Shown here: in pieces, positions 60,355 through 64,000 of the stretch
How the letters are laid out: each line of letters opens with the position of its first letter
Numbering within the stretch: the stretch's first letter is position 1
NCBI GenBank assembly: GCA_038496445.1
Contig: JALMLS010000520.1
Coordinates: 62,001 to 126,000, forward strand
Source: Trichosphaerium sp. ATCC 40318
Lineage: Eukaryota; Protista; Tubulinea
Direction: 5' to 3'
DNA: 64,000 nt
Translations under genes and position numbers: made by a program
Notes under the pieces: generated by a model
Seen by the model: the letters and a program-made list of their open reading frames with translations, nothing else
Databases searched by the model: none
Told to the model about the DNA's origin: nothing

Positions 60355-63300
60355 TTATGAGCAAGTACAGGCATCATTACAATCAAAGGCACCCTTGCCG
60401 TCCTTACCAAGAGTACAGGAGAATTTTACAAGAACTAGAAACATTAGCAAAAGTCAGCTTACAAAAGTCTCCTTGCCTCCATTCTTCACAGCGCCGAAGT
60501 TAAGAACTTCACTAGGGGTGCCATTTAACTTAGCAGTGAGAGTAGAACCACTGTATGAAACGGAGTCGAATCTGTAGCGAAGAGATGCGTTAGGAAATAA
60601 TGTTAAAGAAATTCCTTCGTTTGATACCTCTGGGATGACATTGAAGCATACTTGTCAATCTCGCCAATGAGAACCCAATCGGAGTTGCTGCTTTTCTTAT
60701 TAGATACTACAACATACCTAAAGTCCTTCTTCGTTGCTGAGATTTGCTTAGGAAACTTTATAGCATTGTTAGAGTTAAAAGGAGAAATAGTTCCAGCCCA
60801 ATAGTCATAAGCAAAGTATGAACCATTGACGTCCAAATCAAGCATCTAGAGGCATTGTGTCAATTACGTAAACATGTAGTTTACCGTTTGTACCTCAGGA
60901 TACACCATCTTGTCTTCAGAAAGGTCTATACCAATAACGTAACTCCAGGTTATACCACTATGTTTACTATATGTACTCCACACTACAAACTTTGAGTGAA
61001 GATATAAGTCGAAAAGATTTACGCACAGCTTTCAAGCGTTGGTGTCATGAAGGTGTCTTTGAATACCTAAAACCAATTACTACCGTAAAACGCCTTGTAT
61101 AGGAGGTTCTTGTACAATATCCATTGTTGTCATAGGTTTATCTGGTTTCAATAATAACCCTTCGGAATTACATGTGCCCATTACCAATTCTAGAACATCA
61201 TTTAAGTAAGTTGATTATGAGCGTTTTGCGTCTTACCTCTGTTCATAGATCCAATCTTATCTGATGGACCAACAGGACCTCCAGTCATAGCAGCAATGTT
61301 TGTGATCATCTCCGTATTTGGTTCTACGCAACCGGTACTATACTTGCAGCCAGGCTGAGTCCTAATTACATTAACATATTTGCCACCGAATTCCAAAAAC
61401 ACGTACTTGGTTGTCCAAAAATCATCCTTAAACGGTCTGATACCAACTGCCCAATGAAGCATTGAAGTAGGACCAACATTCCAATTTTCATTTCCAGGCT
61501 ATAGTCACATCAATACAACAGAAGTGAATGTAACTAATGTTCTTACATTGTAGTCTCGGGAGGCGCGTGCTTGAGTGACAGCTTGCAATTCAACAGCTTG
61601 GAGTATTTGGCGAGGTAAAGGCATACAGTACTTGGAGTTAATTAGCTGCGAGAGCGGTTCTTTGGGTCTTTGTCTTGACGTACTTGAACTGTAAGTCCTA
61701 GCTTTTGAGCTGCTTTACCCATATTCATCATCCAGTTTCTGGCAAAGTAAGTGTTATTTTGTGTAGTTTCCATGTCATTGAATGAAGTTATTAGCCAATC
61801 TTGTTCATATAAAACCATTCCTTAACAGAAAAGAACTTAACTTAAGTCGCACGTTTTCAATTGTTGATTGAATAAAAGACGTACCCCAAGCTTTTGCCTT
61901 CCCCATCATGTACAAGTACACATCTTCTCCAGTTGGTAAGCAAGTCCTAGTTTAATATTAAGGGTCAAGATTATTCTGTTAGATCCTAAGCTTACTTTTT
62001 TTCGCAGACGAAAGTATAGTTCTTTTTGTATTCATTATTTGTTGCAAAATACCGATTGTGTAGTGCCAATGACTTATTTCCTATGATAGTATATTAGAAA
62101 GTATTAGTTGGATACTATCTTACCCATATTTCTATCAACATACTCCATGCCATGCCTACAAGACAAACAAAGTAAATGACCAAGATACAAATTTTTAAAG
62201 AAGAAAAAAAAAAGAACATACGGAAAAATAGCTGGCGTAGGTTCCCAAAGAGTGACGCCAGCGCCATTGCCTTTGTAATACCACCAAGAATCTATGTACA
62301 TTATTTAATTAGTACTGGAACAGAAGGAGACATGTTAAAGACGCAAAACTAACCGAATTGGTAACTGTGTACAGGAACATTCGTTTTGGTGATGTAGTCA
62401 TAGACAGCAATCATAGTGTCTTCGTAGTTTTTACTTATTAAAGTAGTTAGAATCAAAAAAAGGGCGATATGATACAAGGTACTTTGGTTCTGTGACATAG
62501 TAGTAGTAAGCGCCGTTGTCGGTCCAATAACTGAGGTACTACAAAAGAAAGTCGGTTTTGTTTACATTGGCGGGTGTTCTGCTAACGTACTTGAATGAGT
62601 TTATCGCCGTCATCTTCAATTCGTTTTTTCTCATGTTCATCCAACAGTATAGAACCCCATTTGTACATATTGGAGTTCACACCATGGCCACCTGGAGAGG
62701 AAAATATAAGATTAAAATAGGTATTATAGACTTACCAACAATAACTGTTGTGTATTTGAAACCCGCTGGTATCTCATTAACAGTTCCCATAGGTCCTAAA
62801 TATGTACCTTACTATTTATTAAAAGAAATCAACCCCATACCGTTAGCAAAAACACCATCAAGTTGCGTTGAGATGGTGCTACCACCAATCATAAAGTTAT
62901 CTAGTGGAGAAAAAATAACATTTCTGAGAGTCGTATTATAAATCATTACAGGTCCTGAGTGTGACATAAGTACATATACGTATAAGTGTAGTAACCAATG
63001 TACCTCCGCTGATGTTTTCAATATCCTCAGGATTATGGAATCGTCCCACTTGACCTGTTGCGGTTCTGTTCATAAATGTAAAATAGTTGAAGGCCGTTTT
63101 AGCTTCAAAGGAAGGAAAACTCATCATCACCTTAAAGAAGTCCTATCAAAACACTTGTTAATTGTTTCTGTATGTGTACGTCTTTATTATCCCCAGAGCT
63201 GCTATGCGAAGCGCCCTTTGGTAAGGATTGTATACATTTTATCACTTCCGTGTCCTGATACTGTTGGAACTGATTTGGGGTTAATACGTGAAAAAGTCTT

Positions 63301-63916
63301 CAAGAGTTTTACCTCCGTGATGTAAGGTGTGCCATCGCCTGTCCATGAAAGCGTAGTAGAATCATATGAACCCAGCTTATCACGTCCCTGACGAGAAGAT
63401 GTTAAAAATCACGTGATACATGATAGATGTCAAGCGTATTACGTACCGTTCCCTTTTGTACGCTTAAAAGCGCGAGAGAGCCATCTGCGCTCTTGTACCT
63501 ATAAAATTGTCAAAACATGTAAAATAGAAATACAACTTTTCGTTGGAATATCTTGAAGAACATTCCGAACACTTAAAATAGTTTTTTGGAAGGTGTATGT
63601 ATCACGTAACGCAACACGTGATTTCGAACGAAACAATGCTAAAAAATAAACCGAAAAGTTTTTTGTTTTTACGCGCTACCATTTCCCTTCTGAATGAAAA
63701 GCAGCACCGGCACCAGTTAACCATACTGTGTTATCAACCAATAACGAATAATCACCTGTCTTTTCATCTACGTCCATTCGAAACGTATTACCAGCCACTA
63801 TTGAGGGTTAGGTTATTTTTAATAACCGAAAGGGTGTTGTGGGGCGCACGTGCTACAGAAATCGAGCATAGTAACAGTAATAATAGTGTAACCGCATAAA
63901 AGCTATGAGATAGCAT
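60355..63916 (-). CDS. Secreted glycoside-hydrolase-like protein (clan-D/GH31-GH36-like TIM barrel), multi-exon
   Basis: Signal peptide MLSHSFYAVTLLLLLCSISVA; motifs YWTDNGAYYYY, DSWWYYKG..GVTLWEP..IFP, LHNRYF, YEQDWL and GPVGPSDKIG. Confidence 0.75.
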
Positions 63917-64000
63917 CAGTAGTAATGCCTCAAATATATTTTGGCCACGTGTTTACATACTTTGACTTCTCGCTTCGCTTTATTGTCTGTGACAAAGTTG

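Noticed and set aside
1-64000. Giant virus genome or complete endogenous viral element
   Set aside because: Intron-rich host genes dominate, and no capsid, polymerase, packaging ATPase or integrase is visible.

Overview
AT-rich (roughly 35% GC by eye) eukaryotic genomic DNA with many short GT-AG introns (typical donor GTACGT) and the standard genetic code. The gene content suggests an amoebozoan-type protist, which is an inference. Intron-rich host genes include a family-C (GABA-B-like) GPCR, two inverted copies of a vWA plus Cys-repeat type-I membrane protein, an F-box/SPRY protein, a YEATS2-like protein, a Rab20-like GTPase, a multi-TM 'WFxYP' protein and a secreted TIM-barrel glycoside-hydrolase-like protein. 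They are interleaved with mostly intronless F-box/LRR and F-box/MORN-variant repeat genes of the kind abundant in giant viruses. These appear intact, with an intron, with an ACG in place of the start ATG, MITE-disrupted, or as fragments. The 5-23 kb and 47-61 kb portions are a mosaic of direct and inverted segmental duplications, one apparently circularly permuted. Three TIR/TSD-bounded non-autonomous transposons can be defined to the base. The most notable candidates are a 3-exon, 96-aa, 10-Cys secreted peptide precursor missed by the ORF track (two copies, only synonymous differences seen), a hypervariable exon in the duplicated vWA receptor, the F-box repeat repertoire, and a YEATS domain whose reader loop is replaced by a CxxC segment. 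All exon models were built by eye.
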